Assembly: GCA_038823825.1 (NCBI GenBank) | Contig: JAWBCC010000001.1 | Coordinates: 420,001 to 452,000 of the forward strand | DNA length: 32,000 nt | Reading direction: 5' to 3' | DNA from: Candidatus Hadarchaeales archaeon | GTDB lineage: Archaea > Hadarchaeota > Hadarchaeia > Hadarchaeales > Hadarchaeaceae | In this document: positions 1-8,777 of the stretch, piece by piece | Layout: each line of letters starts with the position of its first letter | Numbering within the stretch: the stretch's first letter is position 1 | The notes under the pieces: generated by a model | The model's input: only the letters and a program-made list of their open reading frames with translations | The model's database searches: none | Told to the model about the DNA's origin: nothing | Position numbers and translations under genes: made by a program

Positions 1-2
1 TT

Positions 3-887
3 GGAGCCGATGCTAGATGCGAGGGAGAAAAAGGAAGACCTCCCGTCATCGTCGGTGGCGGTCTACGTGCGGGCAGCGTCGGTCTGCCGGGGAACGTCAG
101 TTCTCAATTTATCTCGGCGCTTCTTATCGCGGCCACACAGCTTCAGGGAGAAACAGAGATCGAAATAGAAGGAGAACTCGTTTCTAGGCCTTATGTAGAG
201 ATAACACTGGAGCTCTTGAAGCTTGCCGGATCTGACGTAAAACATTCGCCTGATTTCCGAAAGTTTAGGATAAGGGGCGGACCGCTTAAACCGCTGAACA
301 TAAAAATACCCGGAGATTTCTCCTCATCCTCATTTCCGCTTGTGGCAGGGGCAATAACGCGATCTAAAGTGAGAATTGAAAATTTGGACTTCGAAGGACC
401 GCAAGGCGACAAGAGAATCGTCGACTTTTTGCGAGACTTCGGAGCAGAATTGCGTGTAGGAAGAAACTACGTCGAGATTTTTGGAGAATCTCTGGAAGGA
501 ACCGAACTCGACTGCAAAGATAATCCGGATCTAGTGCCACCGCTAGCTGTCGCCGGAAGCGTAGCTGAGGGGAAAACCGAGATAGTGAATGTTCCACATC
601 TTAGGGCGAAGGAGAGCGACAGGTTGCACGTTTTGGCCATCGGGCTGGAGAAATTTGGGGTAAAAATTAAGGAATTGCCGGACGGTCTGAGGATCTGGGG
701 AGTTGAAAAACTCAGGGGCACACACGTGAGTTCCTTCATGGATCACAGAATGGCGATGGCATTTGCGGTGGCCGGGCTGGTGGCTGAAGGAGAAACAGTG
801 GTCGAGGGTGCAGAAAGCATACCAGTGTCTTATCCAAACTTCGTTGAAGATATGAAGAAACTTGGGGCAAAAATGGAGCTCGTGTAG
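3..887 (+). CDS. aroA: 3-phosphoshikimate 1-carboxyvinyltransferase (EPSP synthase), 5'-truncated by window edge
   Basis: Frame 3 is open from the window start (GADARCEGEKGRPPVIVGGGLRAGSVGLPGNVSSQFISALLIAA...) into the 216..887 ORF. SSQFISALL, HLRAKESDRL and DHRMAMAFAVAGL are EPSP synthase motifs. Confidence 0.96.
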   Translation, partial: GADARCEGEKGRPPVIVGGGLRAGSVGLPGNVSSQFISALLIAATQLQGETEIEIEGELVSRPYVEITLELLKLAGSDVKHSPDFRKFRIRGGPLKPLNIKIPGDFSSSSFPLVAGAITRSKVRIENLDFEGPQGDKRIVDFLRDFGAELRVGRNYVEIFGESLEGTELDCKDNPDLVPPLAVAGSVAEGKTEIVNVPHLRAKESDRLHVLAIGLEKFGVKIKELPDGLRIWGVEKLRGTHVSSFMDHRMAMAFAVAGLVAEGETVVEGAESIPVSYPNFVEDMKKLGAKMELV

Positions 888-958
888 ATTCTTGGCGCAT
901 TCCGAACCAATATGTCAAACTTTTAAAGGGAATTTCTACAAAAAGAAGGAGGTGAGAA

Positions 959-3900
959 ATGGAAAATCGTTTGACTTATATTTTTATCATCTTCACTATC
1001 TTTTTTGTACAGCAGGTAGTCTGCGAAGAAAAATCAAGCGGAACGATTGAGGCAAGCTTTAGTTTTATGGAAAATCTCCCGATAAATCTCTCAAAACTTG
1101 TATCTTTTCGTCTCCCATCGAATGGAATAGAGATTCTTGTGAAAGATGTTGAAACCGATGAGCCGATCGAAAACGCTGGCATTGTGGGGACCATCGCCTC
1201 GCATAATAAGACCTTTTTAGAATTGCACACGAGGCAAAATGGAAAAGCATTTATCAAAATTTCTGGAAGAGAAAATCACGCCCTAGATATCGTTGTAAGT
1301 GCCCTCGGTTATGCTCAAACTTCTTGGAAAGGGCAGGTCTCGCCTGAAAACAGAAGACTCGTTGTTTACATGTTCTACGATCCGTTCAAAGCATGGATGA
1401 GGAACAATTCATTGAGCTTTTCAAGAAATTACAACTCTCAGGAAAACAGGCTCGGCTGGTATTTTGATTATCGCTGGGAGTATGTAAAAGACGTAGAGGC
1501 GTGGCAGGCACCTTCATATGAAAACAAATCTGGATGGAAACTCGAAAGCTATTGGGCAGCTGATGTCTATCACTGGGAAATCGTTGGATATCAGGATGCC
1601 CAGCAATATACTTGGGTGAAAACTGCGAGTGGCGTCGAGTATGATGCATCTTTCGGCGAATATTACGGGTACAACGTGGGAAACGAGTTTTACCCCCCTG
1701 AGTCTGATGGATCGTACAAGTATAAAATAACGAGTAAAAGAATCGATACGATCGGTTATGATACTAGACAAATCTCTCCAATCCTTCCAAGTAGATATGA
1801 GTACTTTTATCCTCCTTGGACCGGTGGAAATGATAAAAATCTGAGCAAGGTTCCGGTAAAAATAACGGTTAGAGCGGATATCAACAAAGAGGGAGACCCA
1901 GAAGACTGTTTCTCTCTTAAGCTCAATTTGTATATGAAAGCAGTAGAGAACGGGAACGAACCGACGACATTTGAAGGGCAACAAACCTTTACAATTTCCG
2001 TCGACGACATCATTACAAACGGATTCTCTAACAGATGGAGAATAAGCAATGTGACAATAGGAAGTTCATCTGTTCTCGGGCAATCGAGTTCCGCCACCGT
2101 AAATGATTATGGAAACTGGTGGCACTATTCTTATCCATCCGGCCCGGTTTATTATTTTGAGATCTTTGGAGAAAACTATCAAACATCAAATGATGCGCCA
2201 AGAGTACGAGCATATTACAAAAACATGACAGTTGAGCTAAAGAAGATAAAATATGTCTTCGTTGTCGATCGATACGACTGGATGCTCACAAACACACGAG
2301 TTCCAGTTTATGGTTGGGTTTATAAGGGTGAGCTGGAATTTTCAAATCCCCCGGAAAACACAAGCGAATATCGTTATTACAATGTCCGGATAAAGTATCA
2401 TGTTTATCGCAAATACGTAGATGCATACGAAAACATCTTCGAGACATATTACTATCTTCCATATCCGATAAAGCACGAGAACCTTTACGTTGCCCGGTTG
2501 AACGGATACACTGATAACCTCCTGCTCGGAACAAGTTTGCTCTCTGGAGAGAATGTTACCCTCTGGGTTGACAATGTGTACACAGTTCCGATAACAATAG
2601 ATCTCTATGATGCAGATGTTTGGGCATATACTATAGTTGGAAAAAGGATTGCCGTTAACGAGTGGATTCCAAACGGAGAAAGTGTTTTCATAAACGGAGA
2701 GGATGCATATGGGAATGGAGTTGGAGCTGGAGACCTCTTTGTCGATGAAGATGGTCTCCGTTTGTTTGGTGTAAGAGAAGTAAGTATTCTCCGCTCTGGT
2801 TATATCGGTATAGACAGCATATATTGGTGTGTCAATCCTCCAATAAATGCCGTCAAGGTAAAATATGATTTGGAAAACTCTAAACTTGTTGCCACGATTT
2901 CCATAGACCCACAAGGGCTTCCACAAAAGGTAACTGTTCTAGACAATGTTGCAAACATTCCGTTTTCCGATATCCGTTTTCTTATAGGCAGAGAATTCAG
3001 ATTTTCGATAAATCTGCATGAAAATATTTATGCAAATGGCATGTCGCGTGACAACATATGTGTTCTCCACTGGGAGTATGATCCTAGTTACTTGACAATC
3101 TGGGGTCCAGAAACCTTAGTACGACTCCGATATTATGAGATTATCGAGAGAAGAGACTACCCAAGAGAACCATACATGCATCCAGATGATTATGGAAGAT
3201 ATGCCGTTTATTATCCAGACCCTGAAAATCCGCCATCTATTCTATTTTTGGCAGACACATACGCCTGGGCATATAAACCGACACCAGTTTACAAATATGA
3301 CTGGGTTTATGCCGGGAGGTGGACTGGGCTTTCTTTCAGACCAGAAAACTCAAAGAGATTCAGGTTCGAGAACATAACGTCTCACAGAAAAACAGAAAAT
3401 GCGTATGTCTTTAGGCTTGCGTTCTATCCGAATGGAAGAAGCACTCTGAGGTTTTCAGTCATGGATAGCTGGTTTAGAAGATCCGAGAACATGCCGTTCG
3501 AAATAAGAACAAACGATCCGAGTCTTCCAGACAATCGGAATTATCTGCTTTATTATGCGTCACGTCCGCTCGGTTCCAACATCCAAGAAAACGGTTCTCC
3601 GCTCCAATCAGACAATATTCTGCTGAAACAAAAAAGATATCCTGTAAGTATAACTTATGATGCCATCAAACATCAAAACTACATACGATACTTGATATTT
3701 TGTTTTCCAAGTTATGAGCCTACTGGAGATCCTTGGTACGAGCTTATCTACATCAGTAACGGTTATGAAATACAAACAGAAGTTGGAATTCCTAAAGGAT
3801 ACATTTTCAAAGCGTGTGCAAACATCGACCCAAGTTACCGTCTTGCTATAAATTGGAATAAAATCGGAGAAAACAATACGCACGACACATATATTTTGAG

Positions 3901-4102
3901 ACTTATCCAGCCAGCTGGCATTAAACCATCCAAAACAAAGTCTTTTGAATACAAAATCGATATAGAAGCCACAAACGGTAGCCAAACAATAGTAGCTTGC
4001 TTCTATGTGGATGTCGGTTCGAATATCCGAGTTGTTGCCGAAGTGAAAGATGTTACAAAGACTATTCCGCTTCCAATAACTGTCATATTACCAGTTCTAT
4101 AG
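959..4102 (+). CDS. Large predicted secreted/cell-surface protein of unknown family (1047 aa)
   Basis: Single long ORF with a strong SD (ggaggtga, ~948-955) 3 nt before the ATG. N-terminal hydrophobic signal-like segment (LTYIFIIFTIFFVQQVVCEE). Very rich in Tyr/Trp/Asn with about 12 N-X-S/T sequons. The N-terminal region resembles a beta-sandwich/carboxypeptidase-regulatory-like domain (inference). No catalytic motif recognised. Confidence 0.85.
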   Translation: MENRLTYIFIIFTIFFVQQVVCEEKSSGTIEASFSFMENLPINLSKLVSFRLPSNGIEILVKDVETDEPIENAGIVGTIASHNKTFLELHTRQNGKAFIKISGRENHALDIVVSALGYAQTSWKGQVSPENRRLVVYMFYDPFKAWMRNNSLSFSRNYNSQENRLGWYFDYRWEYVKDVEAWQAPSYENKSGWKLESYWAADVYHWEIVGYQDAQQYTWVKTASGVEYDASFGEYYGYNVGNEFYPPESDGSYKYKITSKRIDTIGYDTRQISPILPSRYEYFYPPWTGGNDKNLSKVPVKITVRADINKEGDPEDCFSLKLNLYMKAVENGNEPTTFEGQQTFTISVDDIITNGFSNRWRISNVTIGSSSVLGQSSSATVNDYGNWWHYSYPSGPVYYFEIFGENYQTSNDAPRVRAYYKNMTVELKKIKYVFVVDRYDWMLTNTRVPVYGWVYKGELEFSNPPENTSEYRYYNVRIKYHVYRKYVDAYENIFETYYYLPYPIKHENLYVARLNGYTDNLLLGTSLLSGENVTLWVDNVYTVPITIDLYDADVWAYTIVGKRIAVNEWIPNGESVFINGEDAYGNGVGAGDLFVDEDGLRLFGVREVSILRSGYIGIDSIYWCVNPPINAVKVKYDLENSKLVATISIDPQGLPQKVTVLDNVANIPFSDIRFLIGREFRFSINLHENIYANGMSRDNICVLHWEYDPSYLTIWGPETLVRLRYYEIIERRDYPREPYMHPDDYGRYAVYYPDPENPPSILFLADTYAWAYKPTPVYKYDWVYAGRWTGLSFRPENSKRFRFENITSHRKTENAYVFRLAFYPNGRSTLRFSVMDSWFRRSENMPFEIRTNDPSLPDNRNYLLYYASRPLGSNIQENGSPLQSDNILLKQKRYPVSITYDAIKHQNYIRYLIFCFPSYEPTGDPWYELIYISNGYEIQTEVGIPKGYIFKACANIDPSYRLAINWNKIGENNTHDTYILRLIQPAGIKPSKTKSFEYKIDIEATNGSQTIVACFYVDVGSNIRVVAEVKDVTKTIPLPITVILPVL

Positions 4103-4882
4103 AATTTCGTATCCACTAACCCGATAACCCTTGGATTTTATCCATCTTCCGGGAATAATTGTTGCTGTTAAAAGTGTATTCATGTAAACTCCTTCATTAC
4201 CGAAATCTCCAAGATTCAGATGAAACACTTGCCCCATCGGTTTCTTTGGTTCGTAATCGAAATAGAAATACGCCTTGTCACTCCAGTAGCGTTGCCCTAA
4301 TAAATTTATATTTTCTCCGAGTTCTATTCCTGTAAACTCTCTGTTTTCAGCTATTCTTCTCGGAATCCTTATCCAAACATTGATGTTATACTGTATATTT
4401 TCCCAGTACTCCTTCTGCGTGATTTTTGCAACGGTTCTTCTTCCGGTTGGTGTATCCATCTCAACAAGACTGAACTCTGGCATATGTGGAAGCAACCATT
4501 CAGGTAGAGAACCTATCACAACAGGATCACACCTTGCTTCGCCGTAAACTATTTCATTATCATCTAAATCCCACCACCAAGTGTACTCGTTTGATGGGGT
4601 ATAATAACTAAACGTGTAACTCCTTATTCTTAAGAACTCTGCATTATCCGGCCACCAGAGATATGCTACGAAATTCTCATATCTATATCCGGGACCGGGA
4701 TAACCCCAGTCCGCAATCCAAACTATCTCCATAAATTCGGAATTCTCATTTTCCTGATTTAAATAGACATTAGAAACTGTACGGGATTCTCGAAAACCGT
4801 AAAACAAGAAAACTACCGACGGAAATATAAACAGAAAAGCTATTCCCAAACCAAAAAGCACATCAATAACTTTAGACTTCAT
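4097..4882 (-). CDS. Membrane-anchored protein of unknown function (261 aa; one N-terminal TM, extracytoplasmic body)
   Basis: N-terminal TM segment (VLFGLGIAFLFIFPSVVFLFYGF) followed by a Trp/Tyr-rich soluble region (YLWWPDNAEF, NEYTWWWDLDDNE). Full-length ORF, convergent with the 959..4102 gene. Confidence 0.75.
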   Translation of the reverse strand: MKSKVIDVLFGLGIAFLFIFPSVVFLFYGFRESRTVSNVYLNQENENSEFMEIVWIADWGYPGPGYRYENFVAYLWWPDNAEFLRIRSYTFSYYTPSNEYTWWWDLDDNEIVYGEARCDPVVIGSLPEWLLPHMPEFSLVEMDTPTGRRTVAKITQKEYWENIQYNINVWIRIPRRIAENREFTGIELGENINLLGQRYWSDKAYFYFDYEPKKPMGQVFHLNLGDFGNEGVYMNTLLTATIIPGRWIKSKGYRVSGYEIL

Positions 4883-4908
4883 GTTTATCCTTCATCCTCG
4901 CCAGAGAA

Positions 4909-4922
4909 AATATTTAAATATC
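4909..4922 (+). promoter_or_regulatory. Putative archaeal TATA box of albA
   Basis: AT-rich element aatatttaaatat about 45 nt upstream of the albA ATG, followed by an SD (ggagg, 4951-4955). Confidence 0.55.
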
Positions 4923-4963
4923 TGCGCTATTATCGGAAATAGAAAACAAAGGAGGCGAATGAA

Positions 4964-5245
4964 ATGGCTGAGAAGTCTGCAGAAAATGTGGTTTACATCG
5001 GAACGAAACCAGTGATGAACTACGTACTAGCGGCCATCACCCAGTTCAACGAGGGCGCGAATTCCGTTGTCCTCAAGGCACGAGGCAAGGCCATTAGCAG
5101 AGCCGTCGACGTTGCAGAGATCCTCAGGAATCGCTTCATGCAAAATCTGACAGTGCAAAACATCGCAATCGGAACTGAGCAGGTTCAGGGAGAGAGTGGC
5201 ACGGCCAACGTCTCAACAATTGAAATTACTTTGAGCAAGGCATAA
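4964..5245 (+). CDS. albA: DNA/RNA-binding protein Alba
   Basis: 93 aa; [51 protein letters not shown] is the canonical Alba signature. Confidence 0.97.
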   Translation: MAEKSAENVVYIGTKPVMNYVLAAITQFNEGANSVVLKARGKAISRAVDVAEILRNRFMQNLTVQNIAIGTEQVQGESGTANVSTIEITLSKA

Positions 5246-5256
5246 GGCCCGTGCCC

Positions 5257-5273
5257 TCCTTTTTTATTTTTTT
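5257..5273 (+). terminator. Putative poly-T terminator downstream of albA
   Basis: T-rich tract cctttttta-tttttttaaa shortly after the albA stop codon, matching known archaeal oligo-T terminators. Confidence 0.5.
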
Positions 5274-5295
5274 AAACCATTGTTTTTAGAGAACC

Positions 5296-6609
5296 ATGGA
5301 CGAATTAGGGGACCTCCGCAGAACTCACTTGGCTGGGGAGATAACTGAGAAGAATGAAGGTCAAGAAGTCATCCTCATGGGTTTTGTCGAGAACATAAGA
5401 GACCTCGGCGGAATAAAGTTCTTCATACTGCGTGACATCAGCGGAACTATCCAAATCACCATTCCCAAACAAAAAGCATCACAGGAAATTTTACAAAAGA
5501 TTTCCATCTTAACCCCAGAATCCTGCGTAGCCGTAAGAGGGGCTGTGGTCAGAGTCCCTCAGGCCCCCAGAGGAATTGAAGTAATCCCCTCCGAAATCAG
5601 AATTCTAAATCTAGCTCAAACACCTCTTCCACTCGATATAACTGGGAGAGTTAAAGCCAACCTCGACACGAGATTAGATGCCCGCGCATTAGACCTTAGG
5701 CGCCGAGAAGTTCTTGCGATCTTCAAAATCAGACATACGGCTGTTCAGGCCATCAGAGAGTGTCTCACATCTCTCGGATTCGTTGAGGTTCATACACCGA
5801 AGATAGTCGCTACTGCCACGGAAAGTGGAGCAGCTCTTTTTCCTCTAACTTATTTCGACCGAGAAGCCTTTCTGAGCCAAAGCCCGCAGCTATATAAGGA
5901 GGTGTTGACGGGGGCTTTTGAGAGAGTCTTCGAAATCGGACCAATCTTCAGGGCTGAAGAGCATGACACACCGAGGCACCTGAACGAGGCAACATCGGTG
6001 GATATAGAGATGGCCTATGCCAGAGCCGAAGATGTGATGAAAATCCTAGAGGAAGTTATCATTTCTGTTTTCTCGAGAGTAAACGAAAAATGCAGGCAGG
6101 AGCTTGATATTTTGAACAAAACTCTGGAAGTTCCGGAAAAACCCTTCCCGCGCCTAACTTATTCGGAAGTTTTGCAAAAACTCGACGAAGCCGGTCTACA
6201 CATTCCTTGGGGAGAAGACATACCAACTCCAGCTGAGAAGAAGCTCGGCGAGATGTTTCCTGGACCATACTTCATAATCGACTGGCCGTTAAAGATAAAG
6301 CCATTCTACACCATGCCTAAATCTGAAAACCGCGAGCTCGCAGAAGCTTTTGATCTCATGTATGGTAGTCTAGAGTTGGCTTCCGGTGGAACCAGAATAC
6401 ACCAATACGATTTGTTGGTCGAGCGTCTGAAAGCTCACGGTCTAAACCCGGAAAATTTCTCATATCATCTTCTACCATTTAAATATGGGATGCCACCACA
6501 CGCGGGGTGGGGTCTGGGTTTAGAAAGACTGACGATGGTTCTCACCGGAGCGGAAAACATCAGAGAATGTGCACTGTTCCCAAGAGACAAGAAAAGGCTC
6601 ACTCCTTAG
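5296..6609 (+). CDS. aspS: Aspartyl-tRNA(Asp/Asn) synthetase, archaeal type
   Basis: N-terminal OB-fold, class II motif 2 ([23 protein letters not shown]) and motif 3 ([15 protein letters not shown]). Confidence 0.96.
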   Translation: MDELGDLRRTHLAGEITEKNEGQEVILMGFVENIRDLGGIKFFILRDISGTIQITIPKQKASQEILQKISILTPESCVAVRGAVVRVPQAPRGIEVIPSEIRILNLAQTPLPLDITGRVKANLDTRLDARALDLRRREVLAIFKIRHTAVQAIRECLTSLGFVEVHTPKIVATATESGAALFPLTYFDREAFLSQSPQLYKEVLTGAFERVFEIGPIFRAEEHDTPRHLNEATSVDIEMAYARAEDVMKILEEVIISVFSRVNEKCRQELDILNKTLEVPEKPFPRLTYSEVLQKLDEAGLHIPWGEDIPTPAEKKLGEMFPGPYFIIDWPLKIKPFYTMPKSENRELAEAFDLMYGSLELASGGTRIHQYDLLVERLKAHGLNPENFSYHLLPFKYGMPPHAGWGLGLERLTMVLTGAENIRECALFPRDKKRLTP

Positions 6610-7322
6610 AAAAATCTTTCCAAACCAAATTTCCTTGGAAGTTCTACAATTGCTATTTCTTTCCTTGCCGGAAGAGAAGCGTTCATTATAAAAGTTCTGC
6701 CGATCTCCGCTTCTAGCCTCGCCGATCTATGGGCGTGTCCGTGGAACCAGACATCCGGCTGTCTCCTTTTTATCACATCTTCCATCCTTTTACAACCCAT
6801 CTCAGGCCATGCGTATTTCTCCTCACCCTCAAGAGTAAGATAGGTCGGAGCATAATGGGATATGACAATTTTGAGATCGGCTTTCAGATTTTCCAAAAGA
6901 TTATCTAAGATTTCAACACGTTTTCGATATACTTCGAAGAGCTCCGGCCTATTTTTTCGCTGCCAAGAAGTCGGTCTGTCAAGCGAACCTCTGGAACCAA
7001 CAATCCCCACAATTTTTCCGTGAATTTCTAACTTTGCGGCCTGATCGTCCAACCACGTAATCTCTTCAAAACTCCTCAGGGCTTCCTCTTTTTCCTCATA
7101 TTCTTCGTTTCCAAAACACGCAAAAATTTTTCCGGAATATACTTTTTTGATTTCTTCGATTACTCGCGGCATCTGTGTGAAATCTCCTTTAAGAACAACA
7201 TCGCCCACCAAGAGAAGAACATCGAGATCACCTATTTTTGCCAAACTTTTTGTGAAATCATCGAGATACTTAGGAGCGTGGACATCGGCAACGGCCCCGA
7301 TTCTTATGATCGGTTTTTCCAT
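6606..7322 (-). CDS. Calcineurin-like metallophosphoesterase
   Basis: AVADVHAP, GDVVLKGDF, GNEE, ISHYAPTY and HGHAHRS are metallophosphoesterase motifs. ATG at 7322 is preferred over the upstream GTG at 7331. The tail overlaps the aspS stop. Confidence 0.88.
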   Translation of the reverse strand: MEKPIIRIGAVADVHAPKYLDDFTKSLAKIGDLDVLLLVGDVVLKGDFTQMPRVIEEIKKVYSGKIFACFGNEEYEEKEEALRSFEEITWLDDQAAKLEIHGKIVGIVGSRGSLDRPTSWQRKNRPELFEVYRKRVEILDNLLENLKADLKIVISHYAPTYLTLEGEEKYAWPEMGCKRMEDVIKRRQPDVWFHGHAHRSARLEAEIGRTFIMNASLPARKEIAIVELPRKFGLERFF

Positions 7323-7330
7323 AGACTCCA

Positions 7331-8518
7331 CTAAAACAGACCGCGAAGCTTGAGCAACAGTTTTGGATCCGCCCGCATCACCGCTCTTATTAGATCTGTG
7401 AGACTTATTCTGTCAAACTCTATCTTGCTGACCGCCGCTGCAAGTTTGTCGAGCTCTTCATCTGAAAGGGAGAGGAAAATCTCCTTTGCCTTAAGATATT
7501 TTTGCAGACGTTCACCAAATGAAGCTTTCCACCTTTTATCGTATTCCATCAATCTCTTTTCGGAGATCTCTCCCTCTTTTACAGCTTTAGCCGCTACTTC
7601 GCCGGCGATCGATCCAGCTCTCATTGCCGAGTCTATTCCACCTCCCGTCAGAGGATTCACCTGTCTAGCCGCATCTCCGACAACCATAACGTTCGATTTC
7701 ACGGTTTGTTTGAGAGGCCCACACACCGGGACTCCACCAGCATTTATCTCGATAATCTTCCCTCTCACCAAGTTTGGCATTCTTCTCACAAAATCTTGAA
7801 GATATTCGAGAGGTGTCTTCTCCGCTCTGCTCGCGAGAATGCCTATCCCAACGTTTGCGTAATCTTCACCCTTTGGGAAGACCCAAGCGTAGCCTCCAGG
7901 AGCGATCTTGCTCCCGAGGTAGAATTCGAGAACCCTTGTGGATTCCAGCTTTACACCCTTCATCTGAAATTGGGCACAGGTGTCGATGTCTGCGGCTGTT
8001 ATCACACTTTTTATCCCGGCCCATCTTGCAACTCTAGAACCCACACCATCCGCAGCTATCAGAACCTTGCACCTTACTTCTATGCTTCCGCCAAGACCTG
8101 AACCCCTGACTCCAACGATTTTCCCATCCTCGATGATTGGCTGATTAACATACGTTCCGACGATCAGCTCAGCTCCGGCTTCCACAGCACGTAGCGCAAG
8201 GAACTTGTCGAAAATCTTGCGGTTGAGTATGTAACCGACTTTGCCACCAGCCTTCTCGGAAATCTTGACCTCGATTCCTCCTGGAGAGACTATCTTCACG
8301 GCATTCGTCTTGTTCACAGCCCAACTTTCATCCGGTTTGATTTTCAGTTCATTTAACACGTCCTCCGCCAGAGCCTCGCCACACTGAACCGGGACTCCTA
8401 TTTCTCTTCGTCTATCGATCATGAGAACGCTTGCACCAGCTTTGGCCGCAGCATATGCTGCGGTCGAGCCAGCCGGCCCTGCCCCGACTATGGCGATATC
8501 ACACTCTCTTTTTTCCAA
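7331..8518 (-). CDS. Geranylgeranyl reductase family FAD-dependent enzyme (archaeal lipid digeranylgeranylglycerophospholipid reductase-like)
   Basis: CDIAIVGAGPAGSTAAYAAAKAG Rossmann motif, PVQCGEAL, and GGGIDSAMRAG in the GGR C-terminal region. The likely start is the TTG at 8518 (LEKRECDIAIVG), not 8596, because the longer ORF runs into the ferredoxin gene. Confidence 0.9.
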   Translation of the reverse strand: MEKRECDIAIVGAGPAGSTAAYAAAKAGASVLMIDRRREIGVPVQCGEALAEDVLNELKIKPDESWAVNKTNAVKIVSPGGIEVKISEKAGGKVGYILNRKIFDKFLALRAVEAGAELIVGTYVNQPIIEDGKIVGVRGSGLGGSIEVRCKVLIAADGVGSRVARWAGIKSVITAADIDTCAQFQMKGVKLESTRVLEFYLGSKIAPGGYAWVFPKGEDYANVGIGILASRAEKTPLEYLQDFVRRMPNLVRGKIIEINAGGVPVCGPLKQTVKSNVMVVGDAARQVNPLTGGGIDSAMRAGSIAGEVAAKAVKEGEISEKRLMEYDKRWKASFGERLQKYLKAKEIFLSLSDEELDKLAAAVSKIEFDRISLTDLIRAVMRADPKLLLKLRGLF

Positions 8519-8690
8519 CCGTGATCGCCCCCACTGGACAAACTTTGGCACAAAGACCACAATCATTGCACCTGTCGCTCGCCATAACCTGCCCATCTGT
8601 GGCTTCTATCGCATCAAGCGGACAAACACTCACACATGCCCCACATCTCATGCAGAGATTTCCATTCACGCGCATTCTATCCTCCAGCAT
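8499..8690 (-). CDS. 2x[4Fe-4S] ferredoxin, 63 aa
   Basis: Two CxxCxxCxxxCP clusters: CMRCGACVSVCPLDAI and CNDCGLCAKVCPVGAI. Confidence 0.94.
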   Translation of the reverse strand: MLEDRMRVNGNLCMRCGACVSVCPLDAIEATDGQVMASDRCNDCGLCAKVCPVGAITVGKKRV

Positions 8691-8777
8691 ATATGCCCGT
8701 CAGCTATTTTTAAGTCATCGCTTGTTATGTCCATCAAAAAGATTAAATGCTCTCTTTCCCGATGCTCGTGAGAGGTC

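Noticed and set aside
888-958. Possible tRNA or ncRNA in short intergenic gaps (also 8691-8777, 20674-20834, 25722-25766)
   Set aside because: No cloverleaf-compatible GTTCRANNC T-arm with a matching acceptor stem could be found by eye. The gaps look like promoter/UTR sequence.
2342-2926. 194-aa minus-strand ORF (and others at 1514..1984, 3608..3985) inside the large secreted-protein gene
   Set aside because: Antisense shadows of a well-supported 1047-aa ORF, with no recognisable protein features or independent SD.
8519-8596. N-terminal extension MGRLWRATGAMIVVFVPKFVQWGRSR of the geranylgeranyl reductase ORF
   Set aside because: It is antisense-free but lies entirely in the ferredoxin coding region in another frame. 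The Rossmann motif begins right after the TTG at 8518, so the longer start is probably artefactual.
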